Shown piece after piece: positions 1 to 13,870 of a stretch of 64,000 nucleotides of DNA. A program made the translations under genes and the position numbers. Source of the DNA: Octopus vulgaris (taxonomy: Eukaryota); contig OX597833.1 of the NCBI GenBank assembly GCA_951406725.2, forward strand, positions 67,022,001 to 67,086,000, given 5' to 3'. The notes beneath the pieces were generated by a model, which was not told the origin of the DNA, did no database searches, and saw only the letters and a list, made by a program, of their open reading frames with translations. Every line of letters begins with the position of its first letter. Position 1 is the first letter of the stretch.

Positions 1-192
1 TATATATATACATTCGTGTATATATTTACGCACATACAAGCATACATAAATACTTACACACACACACACACACACACACTCGCACAGACACGTATATATA
101 CATTACGTATGTATATATTTATGTATTCTTGTATGTATATATATATATACGTGTATGTGTGTATGGATATATATATATATATATATATATAT

Positions 193-241
<49 letters not shown>

Positions 242-1563
242 TTATGCGTCTATGTGTGTGTATGTGTTTCCTATGTGGTCTTTTATCTGCTTTACGGAAA
301 TTAAGTAGACATTTTTTTTCTATTATTTATTTCAAATTTATATTTCAGTTTCTGTTTTATTCTAATTATCTCAATACTTGCAACCAGGCTGTTTCAACAT
401 TTATTTTCATCTTCGGTGCAATGCGCTTCATTAAATTTACTATCCCCAAGATTTCATAATCAATAGCAAAAAAAAAAAAAAAATTAACTATTTGTTGAAA
501 TCTACTGGATTTTGCTGTTTAATTTCAAAGAAGTTAAAAAGATAGGTAGATAGCAAAGTTTTAGTACATATTGGCAGACCACAACGCCAAGCATCGTCAA
601 GGACATAATTTGTTGTCCGGGAAACATATTCTCGTAACGTAAAATATGAACTGGTTTATTACAATAGACTAAACCTTTGGTATGTTTTCCTAATATGGCA
701 ACCCACTATAACTGAAATCAAATAACGAAAGGGTTATAAATTTCAAACATTACTTATTTGAACATTCAATGAAAATCAATGGTGGTATTAAAAGAAAATA
801 TTCTATATTCTTTCCCTAATCCGCCACACTAGACTAGGAAATGACATTTGTTTGCCATAATACTTCTCAGCAAAATGTTACAATAATATATTTTTTTCAT
901 TCTTCAGTGTCAGGTTATTTATAGTGGAATCGTTAATTCCCTTATCGTAGCTAGAAAGTGTTCGGTTTTGAGATGTCTTAGACTTATTTCAATGGAATAA
1001 AGTTAAGGAAATAGCGTTATTTATTCAACTCCATTTGTGATTAATAGACATGACCTGTCAATCTGGCTACGGTAAGATGGAATATATTTTAGAGAACGGA
1101 AATGAGAAATTGTGTTCAATAAGATTGATCAGTCGTTGATAAATTAATGTTGGTTGTGTGAAAAGAAGAAACACACTGATTTTACAAGTATATCGTGTTT
1201 GATTTAAACCAGAAGGTGAAAATAATCAGATATATTGGGCTCTCCTGTCGCAGACGACAGACGAGAATTCTGTAGAATCTTTGTTTATAGTGATCGACTG
1301 TTTGTGATGTACATTAGACCATTTCCTCCATCAAATCGACGTTGCTTGAACAGGTGCTCGATGTGACACACGTTAGATGCCGAAGTGATCGCAAAGCAAC
1401 GGGAAATGAATTTTTTTTTAATGTTTCTTTCGTCTCTTTGCTCGACAATAGAATGCTCCACCTAGGTCTGGAAGCGAAATCACGATTTCGCAAACCCATG
1501 AGCAATTATGCGTGTGTGTGTGTGGGGGGGAGGGGAGTTTGTAAGTATGTTCTTTTAGCATGC

Positions 1564-1598
<35 letters not shown>

Positions 1599-2175
1599 AT
1601 ACAAAATGGGACAAGATCGCAAAACATCCGGACAGCTAGGTGATACAAAAAGGGACAACAAAACATCCAGATAGACGATACAAAAAAACAAGTACGTGTC
1701 ATTCGAAGTTTTCTATCCTCAGTCAAGAACCGGATCATCCTCGCAATTTCGGCTGACTAATCTTGATTTGATTGCTCCAATCTGGTCACCCGCAAGGAAA
1801 AACTAAGCTAAGAGCACTAGATTCCTCGGAAGAAAGCATGTGTGTGTGTGTATATGTGGATGTATGTGTGTATGTGTGTGCGTGTGCGTGTGTATAAAGA
1901 ACTAAGGACTAAAGCATGGATACAAACTATTTTTCTGTTTGACTTCCCCCAAAATTCTTTTTAATGTTTGATAAGATGGATACATTGAAAACGGTTACAA
2001 CTTTAATCATTCACTGTAACAAAAATATTAAATCTTCTCTAAAATATACTTCTGTTCCTTTTCCAACATTTATTTACCCTTAACTTTTGATTTGTATGGG
2101 ATTTTAAAACCTTTTCGATTTCATATAGATATATGTATATATGTAGGCTAGATATTCTCCAAATGTTGTGTTGGA

Positions 2176-2428
2176 ATGTGTTATGGGCCATTTCTACAAA
2201 TAATCAAATTAAGTTTTTAATATTTGGTCGTTTATACTATCATGTATAGTAAAGGAATTGTATTAGAAATGGAATGGAATGTCAGGAGTAATCATATTAT
2301 GATGGAGATGTTGCGAAATCTTTGGTTCGGCAGGATGTAGAGGAATTTTAAAACTTAAGACGTTAAATAGATTACGGACTAAAAATTTAACTAAAATTAT
2401 ATATACATACATACATGCATACATACCT

Positions 2429-2494
<66 letters not shown>

Positions 2495-2725
2495 CGTATA
2501 TATATATACTCACAAGGCTTTGGTCGGCCCGAGGCTGTAGTAGAAGACACTTGCCCAAGGTACCAGGCAGTGGAACTGATCGTGGAACTATGTGGTTGGT
2601 AAGCAAGCTACTTACCACACAGCCATTCCTGCGCCAGTGTCTATTACTTATATGTATATACATATTTCTTTCTTCCTAGTTATCTATCGATTTGCGTGTT
2701 TGTGAATGTATATATATATATATAT

Positions 2726-2786
<61 letters not shown>

Positions 2787-3038
2787 GGTATGTATGCATG
2801 TATGTATGTATATATAATTTTAGTTAAATTTTTAGTCCGTAATCTATTTAATGTCTTAAGTTTTAAAATTACTCTACATCCTGCCGAACCATAGATTTCA
2901 CAACATCTCCATCATAATATGATTACTCCTGATATTCCATTCCATTTCTAATACAATTCCTTTAATATGCATGCTAATATAAACGACCAAATATTAAAAA
3001 CTTAATTTGATTATGTGTAGAAATGGCCCATAACACAT
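2176..3038. repeat. Inverted repeat, ~290-bp arms
   Basis: 2176-2462 is the reverse complement of ~2729-3038 with scattered mismatches; ORF track gives the same peptide on both strands. Confidence 0.9.
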
Positions 3039-3592
3039 ATGTGTGTGTGTGTGTGTGTGTGTATGTGTGTGTGTGTGTGTGTTTGTGTGTCTGTGTTTGT
3101 CCCCCCAACATCGCTTGATAATCGATGCTGAATATGTCCTGGGGTCAATTTGCTCGACTAAAAGGCTGTGCTCCAGCATGGCCGCAGTCAGATGACTGAA
3201 ACAAGTAAAAGAAAGATATAACAGCTCACACTCGCTGAAACCCACAGACTTTTACTCATATCCATATTAAAAAATTCAAAGCATTTAAAGGCATTTTCGT
3301 GTCTTCATATTTCCTTGGTGAGCGGTATTTGAAAGGAAGCCATGTTAGTTTTTACATATGGTGGAAATATGTCGGTTGAAATCCGTATACCGTATTAGGT
3401 GTATATGTTATATAACCTCTGTGTTTATTCTATCCTGTCAGATCTGACAAGAAACTTATTAAAGAAGCATGAAGACAGAATTACGTATCTGAGTGTTGGT
3501 TAGGATAAACGAATACCGTGGAAGGATGAGTAAAAAATTCTAAAGAAGAATCAAATTCGATCGTATTACATACCTATGTATATAGATGCATA

Positions 3593-3683
<91 letters not shown>

Positions 3684-3828
3684 ATAATATATAAATATAT
3701 ATATATAATATATATACGTAAACATACATGGCAAAATGATGTATACGCACATATGCACACAAACGTTTGGGTATATATATACATGCGTGTGTAAGTCTGT
3801 ATAGGCTGTCAGAACCTTATGATTATCA

Positions 3829-3868
<40 letters not shown>

Positions 3869-4034
3869 GCAGCAACAATAACAACAACAACACAAATAAC
3901 TCAAACGCATACACATATTAGAAACGGTGGTATTCAGAATTTTGGATAATTATTTATTTAGCGCTTTAAGAGATTTATCATGACTGATTTTCTTTACACA
4001 AAATGTATGCCTTTTATATATACACACACACATA

Positions 4035-4090
<56 letters not shown>

Positions 4091-4597
4091 AACCAGTACG
4101 TAATTTTGTCAGTGAACAGGTCGCGGTGTCAAAGCGACGAAAATATTCTTGCAAATCAAATTTGAATGTTGAAGTCCATCTAACGATTTTTGTTTATTTT
4201 AAATGGCTTATACACACCTTCCACGCTGCTGTTGTTTATGCAAGTACATCTCCGTAATATATATATATATTTATATATATATATATATACAAATTGAGAT
4301 AGGGGTTGTAAGTGCAACCCTCCATGGGATAACATATATCCAATATACTGCGAGTGAAGTAGCCAACAAAATAATACATAAATTTTAAGAATTGCGATGC
4401 AGTTAATTCATTTACTGTATTATATGGGCAAAGGTAAAATATTTTACCACAAATTAATAATACAAAATAAGAAAATGGAGAAACACATCTTAATCAATGA
4501 TCAACTACCAGATGTAGTGGTTTAATAAATTATGTGATTGGGTATTATCTAGTAGTTGATCATTGATTAAGATGTGTTTCTCCATTTTCTTATTTTG

Positions 4598-4660
<63 letters not shown>

Positions 4661-4839
4661 TGTGTGTGTGTGTGTGGTGGGATTAGATAGTTGAAAAACG
4701 TCTGGAGTTGAATTGGAAAAAATGCCTTTTGTCATTTTGAATCTGTGTGTGTGTATGTGTGTTTATTACGTGTGTACTTATTTGTGTTTAAATATGTGTG
4801 TGGTGAATTGTTTGATGCTTGGTTAGAGGAAGAAAAAAA

Positions 4840-4876
<37 letters not shown>

Positions 4877-5073
4877 GAGAAATAAAGAAGGGAACTTTTT
4901 TCTGGGGTGGTTGAAACTGCATTGTTCTATTTGTTCATTTGTCATGCTACCCAGCTGCAGAACGGGCTCTTTCTCTAGAATGGTTGAAATCAGCCATATT
5001 ACACGTGGTTAATTTAATTTTAGTCGTTGTATCATTCTGTCTGTTGTTATCCAATTGTAGAAAATACTAGCAC

Positions 5074-5285
5074 TAACCAACCTGACTGAAACCGCCTCTG
5101 ACACAGCAGTACAAATGTCTTGTTTTGTATAAGTTTTGTATAAAAATCTTCCACCAAACCTTAATCACAATTTATGTTCCTAACACCAGCTAAATAAATA
5201 TGTTATTTTACTAAATTCTTTGTTATATTTAAAATTAGTTGAAAGAAACACAGAGCATCTCAAATTAATTACAGTAAGGAAAGGG
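5074..5285. mobile_element. Truncated adjacent copy of the same piggyBac-type MITE
   Basis: Aligns by eye to ~5327-5538; keeps the right end AAAGGG-TTAA and lacks the left TIR. Confidence 0.75.
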
Positions 5286-5316
5286 TTAAAATATATAATA
5301 GAGAAACAATTCTTAA

Positions 5317-5538
5317 CCCTTTTGATACCAACCCGACTGAAACTGCCCCTGGCTCTGTAGTACAGATGCCTTGTTTTTATAAGTTTTGAATTAAAATCTT
5401 CCACCAAACCTTAGTCACAATTTATGTTCCTAACACTAGCTGAATGATAACTAAGTTATTTTACTAAATTCTGTGTTATATTTAGAATTAATTGAAAGAA
5501 ACACAGAGCATCTCAAAATAGATACGGTAACGAAAGGG
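5317..5538. mobile_element. piggyBac-type MITE
   Basis: TTAA on both sides; TIRs CCCTTTTGATACC / GGTAACGAAAGGG (11 of 13 matching). Confidence 0.8.
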
Positions 5539-5618
5539 TTAAATAAGTGGAGAAATTCCCTTCAGCAGCCAACTCAAACTCTCACACACATACACTGAAA
5601 CACACACACGCGTACACC

Positions 5619-5659
<41 letters not shown>

Positions 5660-5758
5660 ACACAATGTACACACGTACGTTTAATAAACTTACAAAACAA
5701 TTTTGATAAAGTCTGTTTGTAATGTTGGTATCCAACTGTATTTTCAGGAATAAAAGTA

Positions 5759-6113
5759 ATACCTGTTTCTTCATTACCCACAAGGGGCTAAACACAGAGG
5801 GGACAAACAAGGACAGACAAACGGATTAAGTCGATTACATCGACCCCAGTGCTTAACTGGTACTTATTTAATCGACCCCGAAAAGATGAAAAGCAAAGTC
5901 GACCTCGGCGGAATTTGAATTCAGAACGTAACGGCAGACAAAATACCGCTAAGCATTTCGTCTGACGTACTAACGTTTCTGCCAGCTCGCCACCTTTAAA
6001 AGGATGAAAGGCAAAGTCGACCTCGGCGGAATTTGAACTCAGAACGTAAAGACAGACGAAGCACCTGTAAGCATTTCGCCCGGTGTGCTAACGTTTCTGC
6101 CGGCTCGCAGCCT
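5759..6113 (-). mobile_element. SINE family D (Nin/Deu-like central domain) with partial tandem duplication of its head
   Basis: Minus: GGCGAGCTGGCAGAAACGTTAG...GAATTCAAATTCCGCCGAGGTCGACTTTGCTTTTCATCTTTTCGGGGTCGATTAAATAAGTACCAG; 6001-6113 repeats ~5883-5993. Degenerate relatives near 8215-8340, 16440-16515, 62650-62770. Confidence 0.75.
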
Positions 6114-6135
6114 CGAATGAAAGTAATACTTTTAA

Positions 6136-6340
6136 CACTTTGCGTGCCTTTATGCCACGAGATGCACAAGACATTATTTCTCTGGCAGCCATGCCTCATA
6201 TAGGGTAGACGTACCCATTTTTCTTTTAACCGGCAAAGAAAAGTTATGAAACGAAAACTTTACACTACTCAGAACGTATGAGACGGAGAAGCGTGGACGT
6301 CTGAGACAATATTATGAACATGGATTTGACTGGCAAAGGG
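6136..6340. mobile_element. Second piggyBac-type MITE
   Basis: TTAA-CACTTTGC ... GCAAAGGG-TTAA; internal sequence unrelated to the 5317 MITE. Confidence 0.6.
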
Positions 6341-7207
6341 TTAATTTTTTGTAACCTTGTAAAAGAATATCCGTAATGTTTGGAACCCAAACTGTCTTCC
6401 GAAAAGAGAAGAAATTCAGGCGTTGTTTCTAAATAACGAAAATAGCAAAGAATTATATAATATATTCAAATATTAAAACAAAATATACTCGACATATCTC
6501 ATTTGCAAAACGGTTCAAAGTTGGTGTCCTGATAAGAATTGCTGGAATTCTAAAACAGCGTAGACTATGAATAAGTAAATGGACATCAGCCATATCTTTA
6601 TGTAATTCATTTTACCGTCTGGCCGTCAATCTGGTGTCATAATTTGAATAAATGAGTAACTCTACGGCTCAATCTACAGTGTGAAGTGAGGTTAATAATT
6701 TCTAATGAATTGTTCGTTAATTAGCAATGACACTTCCAAGTTCGACTCTGACTCTCAGTTGCCTTTTCGTCATACCTAATACAAACTTAAGTATTAAATA
6801 AGTTTTCAGTGCGTATCTTTAAATGTATTTAAGAACCAGGACGGAAATCCATGACAAAAAAAAAAAAAAATTTTAAACGCGGAAAATGTTGATATAAAAA
6901 GTGGAACGAGTAGGAGGAACAGAAAAGTAAGAACACCAAGTTCTGCGTCCCCTTTCTATGGACAAAAAAGAGGGAGGTCTTAGTTTTCTTACATTTCGTT
7001 TCGTTTTTCTCGTTCCCCCTTTTTGCATCAAACTTCTTTGGGTTTCATTTTGTTCTTGGTCTTTTTTCTCCTGTTTTCTCGCAGTTTTTAAATGTTGACA
7101 ATACATCTTATGATTTGCACTGAGCTTCTTACCATAATGGCAAGGCTCTTATCAAGCCTAACAGATTTATCATTCATTTATTAATTTATATATGTATATA
7201 TATATAT

Positions 7208-7606
7208 GAGTGGCTGTGTGGTAAGTAGCTTGCTTACCAACCACATGGTTCCGGGTTCAATCCCACTGCGTGGCACCTTGGACAAGTGTCTTCTACTATA
7301 GCCTCGGGCCAACCAAAGCCTTGTGAGTGGATTTGGTAGACGGAAACTGAAAGAAGCCAGTCGTATATATGCATGTATATATATATATGTGTGTGTGTGT
7401 ATGTTTGTGTGTCTGTGTTTGTCCCCCTAGCATTGCTTGACAACCGATGCTGGTGTGTTTACGTCCCCGTTACTTAGCAGTTCGGCAAAAGAGACCGATA
7501 GAATAAGTACTAGGCTTACAAAGAATAAGTTATGGGGTTGATTTGCTCGACTAAAGGCGGTGCTCCACCATAGCCGCAGTCAAATGACTAAAACAAGTAA
7601 AGAGTA

Positions 7607-7610
<4 letters not shown>
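7208..7610 (+). mobile_element. tRNA-derived SINE family A (internal TA/TG microsatellite)
   Basis: A box TGGCTGTGTGG, B box GGTTCAATCCC, body CCTTGGACAAGTGTCTTC, tail GGCGGTGCTCCA..GCAGTCAAATGACT..(AAGAGT)n; at least 10 copies in window. Confidence 0.9.
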
Positions 7611-7665
<55 letters not shown>

Positions 7666-7814
7666 AAATTAGATAGGGGTTGTAAATTCAACCCTCCATG
7701 GGATAACATATATCCAATATAGTGCTAGAGAAGTACCCAACAAAACTAATACATAAATGTTAAAAATTGCGATGCAATTAATTAATCTACTGTGAGGAAA
7801 GGAAGGAAAGAGGA

Positions 7815-7847
7815 TTTAACATTTCGAGCCAAGCTCTTGTTCAGAAA
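7815..7847 (-). ncRNA. Minimal hammerhead-like motif, family 1 (degenerate)
   Basis: UUU CUGAACA A GAGC-UUG-GCUC GAAA U GU U AAA. Confidence 0.55.
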
Positions 7848-8560
7848 TAGAGATAAGTCCAAAGGAAGGGAGGACGAAGGAAGAAAATCGCCAACGATAC
7901 ATGCGCAGTTACGTGTGCATTTGTGTGTGTGTGTATATGTGTGTGTGTATGCGTGTGCGTGTATGTGTCTAGTTATCGATTTATTCATACTTAAATATCA
8001 GCATCTGATTATCAACATCTTTGTTCTACATAAGGTTTTTTTCCCCTACTCATATCAGAAGGTACAGAGCACATGTGTTGATATAGTGTTACGGAGTGTA
8101 TACAAATATTCAATATTTTTAAAGGTGAAAGAGTATCCAATGAATGGAAAGAGGAAAGAGAGCAGCACAACGAGTACTCTTTTCTCATATTCAGTTATAT
8201 GTTACTTCTGAAGTTGGCGTGATGGCAGCGCCGTGTCTGCGACTGGTACACTGCTGTGCAACAATTCGTTCTTGTTTACGTTGTCAGTTCGAATTTCACC
8301 GAGGTCGTATTTGCTTTTCAGCCTTTCGAGATCAGTAACATACGGTTAGAGATATATCGTTTTAAATTTAGCTAGCATTGAACGTTAAAATGCCAGTAAA
8401 TTTATTCGTAAAAAATATAAGTATTATAGTTATATTTATAAAGAATTATGGTACTGCTTATACATATATATTGAGGAACTTTCAATATATTTGGTTAAAC
8501 ACATTTGGCATCAGAATTGTATTTAACAATCTCTTACGCAGATACTGTATATATATATAC

Positions 8561-8603
<43 letters not shown>

Positions 8604-8605
8604 TA

Positions 8606-8655
<50 letters not shown>

Positions 8656-9059
8656 AATGTACATTTACATATATATATGTGTGTACGATATACGTATGCA
8701 TACATACATGCTTAGAGAGGTACGCACGCCGCTCGCACACACACATACACATGGAGAACACGGATTTGTAATCGCAGGAAGGGAATTCCATGTGTAAAGT
8801 AGATTATGGTAGATTATATTATAATCTGTCATTATTTGAGAGGTTTAGTGCCAAGTCACTTGTCAAACGTAACACACGCACACACACATATATATTTCTG
8901 TGTGTGTGTGTGTGAAATAGATAGATAGAAAGAGAGAGTGTATATCGATATAAGCACATATATGTGTGGGTATGTAGCTTCTTACCACAATAACAATGCA
9001 CTTACCAAGCCTAACAGATTTATTATTCATATATAAGCATATATATGTATCTATATGCG

Positions 9060-9120
<61 letters not shown>

Positions 9121-9121
9121 A

Positions 9122-9155
<34 letters not shown>

Positions 9156-9196
9156 TTACATATATATGTATGTATTCATATATGTATGCACACACA

Positions 9197-9606
9197 TTTG
9201 AGTAGCACATCCGGCTCAAATGGTCCCTGAATAAGGGTTGTTTCATGATGTTGAATGAAATACCTGTGTCCCAAAAGTGAATTTACCAAACCCCATAGAA
9301 TCCCTCTCAACGCATGGCTATGATGCTCTCCCACTACTTCTGCTGGTGATCAGAGATTCACATATCGTCAGCCACTAAGGGATATGCTCACATGCTCAAC
9401 TGGTTAAGATCAAACAACTGGCAAGCAAATCTGTCGTATTAAGCAGAATATTTGCTGTAGCCCATCTTTTATACCAAGACAAAACGATTTATACGATAAC
9501 ACTTCCAATCAGTTAAGATCAGAAGCCACGAGTGCCACAGCCTGGTACTGCATCAGGGCATTTATTATTATTATTATCATTATGGTTGTTGTTGTTGTTG
9601 TTGTTG

Positions 9607-9671
<65 letters not shown>

Positions 9672-10226
9672 GAGTGAGAGAGCAGTTCATGTCATCAAAG
9701 TGACACTGGGGTAAAATATACGAAGCCCAATATACCCATCATGACTACCCGTCTGATAAGGGCACACCAGGCACATGCATCACAACCAAATGTGCGCGAC
9801 ATAGTGATCTCATATCAAGATAAACAGCACATGACCTTGCAGGTGGGGCCCAGTTAGAATTTTCTTCAGGTTGAGTAGCCCATCCCGCTCAAACGGTCCC
9901 TGAATAAGGGTTGTTTAAGGATGTTGAAAAAACCACCCATGTTTCCAGAGGTGAATTATTCAAACCACAACGAATCCCTCTCAACACATGGCTATGATGC
10001 TTCCCCACTACTTCTGCTCGTGATCAGAGATGCACGTATCGTCAGCCACTAAGGGACATGCTCAACTGGTTAAGGTCAAACAACTGACAAGCAAATCTGT
10101 GGTATTGAGCAGAATATTTGCTGTAGCCCATCTTTTATACCAAGACAAAACAATGTACATGATAACACTTCCAATCAGTTAAGATCAGAAGCCACAGAGC
10201 CACTGTCTGGTACTGCATCAGGGCAC
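9197..10226. repeat. Partial + longer tandem copies of an interspersed repeat, each ending in (ATT)n/(GTT)n
   Basis: 9197-9560 aligns with ~9871-10226; both are followed by an ATT-GTT-ATT compound microsatellite. Confidence 0.85.
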
Positions 10227-11064
10227 TTATTATTAGTATTATTATTATTATTATTATTATTATGGTTGTTGTTGTTGTTGTTGTTTTTATTATTATTACT
10301 ATTATTATTATTATTATTATTATTTTTATTTTTATTATTATTATGTAATGATATTATTATGTAATCGGTTTATGTATTTTATTTTTTTATTTCTTTATTT
10401 TATCTTGTTTCAGCTCACGAGCTGTGGCCATGCTGGGGCACGGCCATTATTTGAGGCCTTGTGCCTATAACACAAAGCGTTAATAATATTATTGTCTTGG
10501 TATTGATGACTTCATGCCATTCTGGTACCCTTTCATTTCAAAAGAGGATATCTTGCTCTCGGGTACTGTTAGTGTTTGCTATCCGAGGTCAAAACAAGTC
10601 CATTCTTTCTTCCGATTGGCCCTTTTTTACATGTTGCGTTTAAACATTGTTTCGATATTGGATTGCAATATTCTAGAAAGGCCGAACTCAACTGGTCAAT
10701 GCGTTTGATATGTATTGAGTATGCACTACGCGGTTTCATGCAAAGATAAATCTAACCACATATACACACATACGCACACATGCACGCGCACTTAAAAATA
10801 TACATATTTGCATGTACGCATGCGCTTTCTCTCCCGCCACGGATATAACTGCAGGTCCACGTATCTATCAATCCTTTAGTGTGAATACGCATGTCTGTGT
10901 GTGTATGTTCTCATAAAATGTATGTGTAAGTGTTTATAAGTATCCATAAACGTATACATACTTATATACATATATCATAAATCATATAGACTAATATTGG
11001 TGTACACACACACACACATACATATATCAAATCTATATATTTAAGAGAGACATTTATAAATACG

Positions 11065-11098
<34 letters not shown>

Positions 11099-11353
11099 TT
11101 TGCATGTAGAAATGAATATGTATATATGTATGTACGCCTTTATGTATGTATGTTCATATATGTGTATGTAACTATGTATCTATCTATCCATCTCTAGCTC
11201 TCTATATATACATGTATATGATATTGATGCACGTGCACACACATACGCACGTACGCAAGCCCCACATATAGGGATGTATATATATAAAATATATATAGAT
11301 AGAGAGATAGAAATGCATATATATATGTATACATGTATATGTATATATATATG

Positions 11354-11409
<56 letters not shown>

Positions 11410-12163
11410 CGCGTGTGTATGTATGGACGTATGTGTGATACATATACACACATATATATATATATACATATATATATAAATATAAATATATATACATATA
11501 TATATATATATGTATATATATATACAATACATATATACATATATATACATACATATATATTACACAACAGCACTGTGACAACCCATAACATGTAATGTAG
11601 TTGTGTGTAATAGGGACATGATAGGGTCAATCTGGGGTCAAATAGGGTACCATCCTTAGCCCCTTGAGAGTTGGAAATAGTCAAACATGACGTCTTGATC
11701 AGGGCATAACTGTAACTTTGATATTTAACATTTAAATTGCCTTCCGATCTAACCGCTCTAAAACTCTATCAAACACTGAGCTGGTATGTGTGTATGTGGT
11801 AGCATATGTGTGTGTTTGTGTGTGTGTGGAGGGAGATGTGTGTGTGCGTGTGTGTTTCAGTGTGTTTGTGTGTGTGCTTGGGGGGTTATGTGTGTGTCCA
11901 TGTGTGTTTGTGTGTGTAAGGGGCGTATATGTGTGTGATTGTGTGTGTGTGTGTTTGTGTGTGTTTGTGTGTGTGTGAGGGTGTATGTGTGCGTGCGATT
12001 GTGTGTGTGTGTGTTTGTGTGTATTTGTGTGAATGTGTGTGTGGTTTGTGCGTGTTTGTGTGCGTGTTGGGTGTTATGTGTGTATATGTATGTGCATGTG
12101 TGATTGAGAGCCTTCCATGATTTTCTGTTTTTTGCCATCCACCCCATGTTTACATAATTCAGT

Positions 12164-12204
<41 letters not shown>

Positions 12205-12513
12205 TACACACATACATACATTCATACACACACAAACACACACAGAGAGCACCTGTCTCCCTTTCACACCCACACACGCATACACACACACATGCAACCG
12301 CTGATGTGGACATGCGCACAAACGCACATACAGATATTCACAAATACATCAAAATGCGTGCACAGACACAATCAGAAACACACACAAACACACACAATCA
12401 TACAGACACAAACATTTATTCATAATTTATACGCGTACATAAGGCAAATAGATTACTACATATATACATATAGACATATACAGGTACATTCAAATGGAAG
12501 TCTAATCCGGCTA

Positions 12514-12565
<52 letters not shown>

Positions 12566-12567
<2 letters not shown>

Positions 12568-12790
12568 TTGTTTTTACTTGTTTCAGTCATTTGACTGTGG
12601 CCATGCTGGAGCACCGCCTGTAGTCAAACAAATCGACCCAAGGAACTATTCTTTGTGAGCCTATTACTTATTCTATCGGTCTCTTTTGCCGAAACATTAA
12701 GTTACGGGGACGTAAATACACTAACATCAGTTGTGAATCGATGGTGTGTGGGGAGTCAAACACAGACGCACAAACATACACACACACACA

Positions 12791-12884
<94 letters not shown>

Positions 12885-13011
12885 AATATATACATATATA
12901 TAACGGGCTTCTTTCAGTTTCTGTCTACCAAATCCACTCACAAGGCTTTGGCTGGCCCGAGGCTATATCAGGAGATACTTTCCCAACGTGCCACGCAGTG
13001 GGACTGAACCC
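12566..13011 (-). mobile_element. SINE family A, 5'-truncated
   Basis: Reverse complement of the 7208 element. Confidence 0.88.
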
Positions 13012-13068
13012 AGGTGTGGGTACAACAAGCAGGCGTATTAGTTTAACGCTTGGGAAGTATGGAAAATT

Positions 13069-13102
13069 CTTGACGTTTCGAACCTACGCTCTTCGACAGA
13101 AA
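13069..13102 (-). ncRNA. Minimal hammerhead-like motif, family 1 (degenerate)
   Basis: UUU CUGUCGA A GAGC-GUAG-GUUC GAAA C GU C AAG. Confidence 0.55.
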
Positions 13103-13277
13103 GGATTAAGAGGCGAATGAATAAAAAATAAATCGGAGACAGAACGCAAAAATATTGTATAGGGATTAACAGTTCAGCTTTAATGACCGATGACCGATGT
13201 AGAAAAGCTAGGTTAGGACATTATCTGTCACGCTTTCGGTTTCCAACACTCTTACAGCTTTACTGTCGTTGTGTTTT

Positions 13278-13870
13278 CTCTCTCTCTCCTTCTATCTCTC
13301 TCCCTCTCGCCGTGTCTCTGTTTCTTTGTGCCTCTCTCGTTCTCTTAGTCTCTCCTCTTTTCTTCTCGTCTCCTAATTCTTTGCCTTCTTATCATCTCTC
13401 TCCATCTCTCTCTTTTTTCCCTCAGTCTCTACCTTTCCCCCGGTCTCTCTCTCCCTTTCTCTCACTTTCTTTCTTTCTATCTCTCTCTTTCTCTGTCTCT
13501 CTCTGTCTGTCTCTTTCTCGGTCTCTTTTTATTGCTGTCTTTGTTTGTCTCTATCTCTCTTACTGTCTCTTTCTCTCACTCAGTCTCTCCCATTCACTCA
13601 GTCTCTCCCATTCACTCAGTCTCTCTCTGTTTCTCTGTCTCTCTCTCTGTGACTGTCTCTGTCTGTCTCTCTCTGTCTCTTTCTCTGTCTGTTTGTCTCT
13701 GTCTCTCTTACTTTCTCTTTCTCTCCATCTCTCTCTCTTCTCCCCCAGTCTCTCCCATTCACTCAGTCTCTCTCTCCCTCAGTCTCTCTCTCCTTCTCTG
13801 TCTCTCTCTGTCTGTGTGTGTGTCTGTCTGTCTGTCTCTGTCTCTGTCTCTGTATCTCTCTCTCTCTCTC
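13278..13870. repeat. CT-rich polypyrimidine microsatellite
   Basis: (CT)n/(CTGT)n, visible directly. Confidence 0.95.

Noticed and set aside
1599-1840. TA-anchored repeat with CUGAGGA on the minus strand; also weak hammerhead-like strings at ~30410-30430(-) and ~36530-36563(+)
   Set aside because: Helix II or the GAAA half of the core is too degenerate to call.
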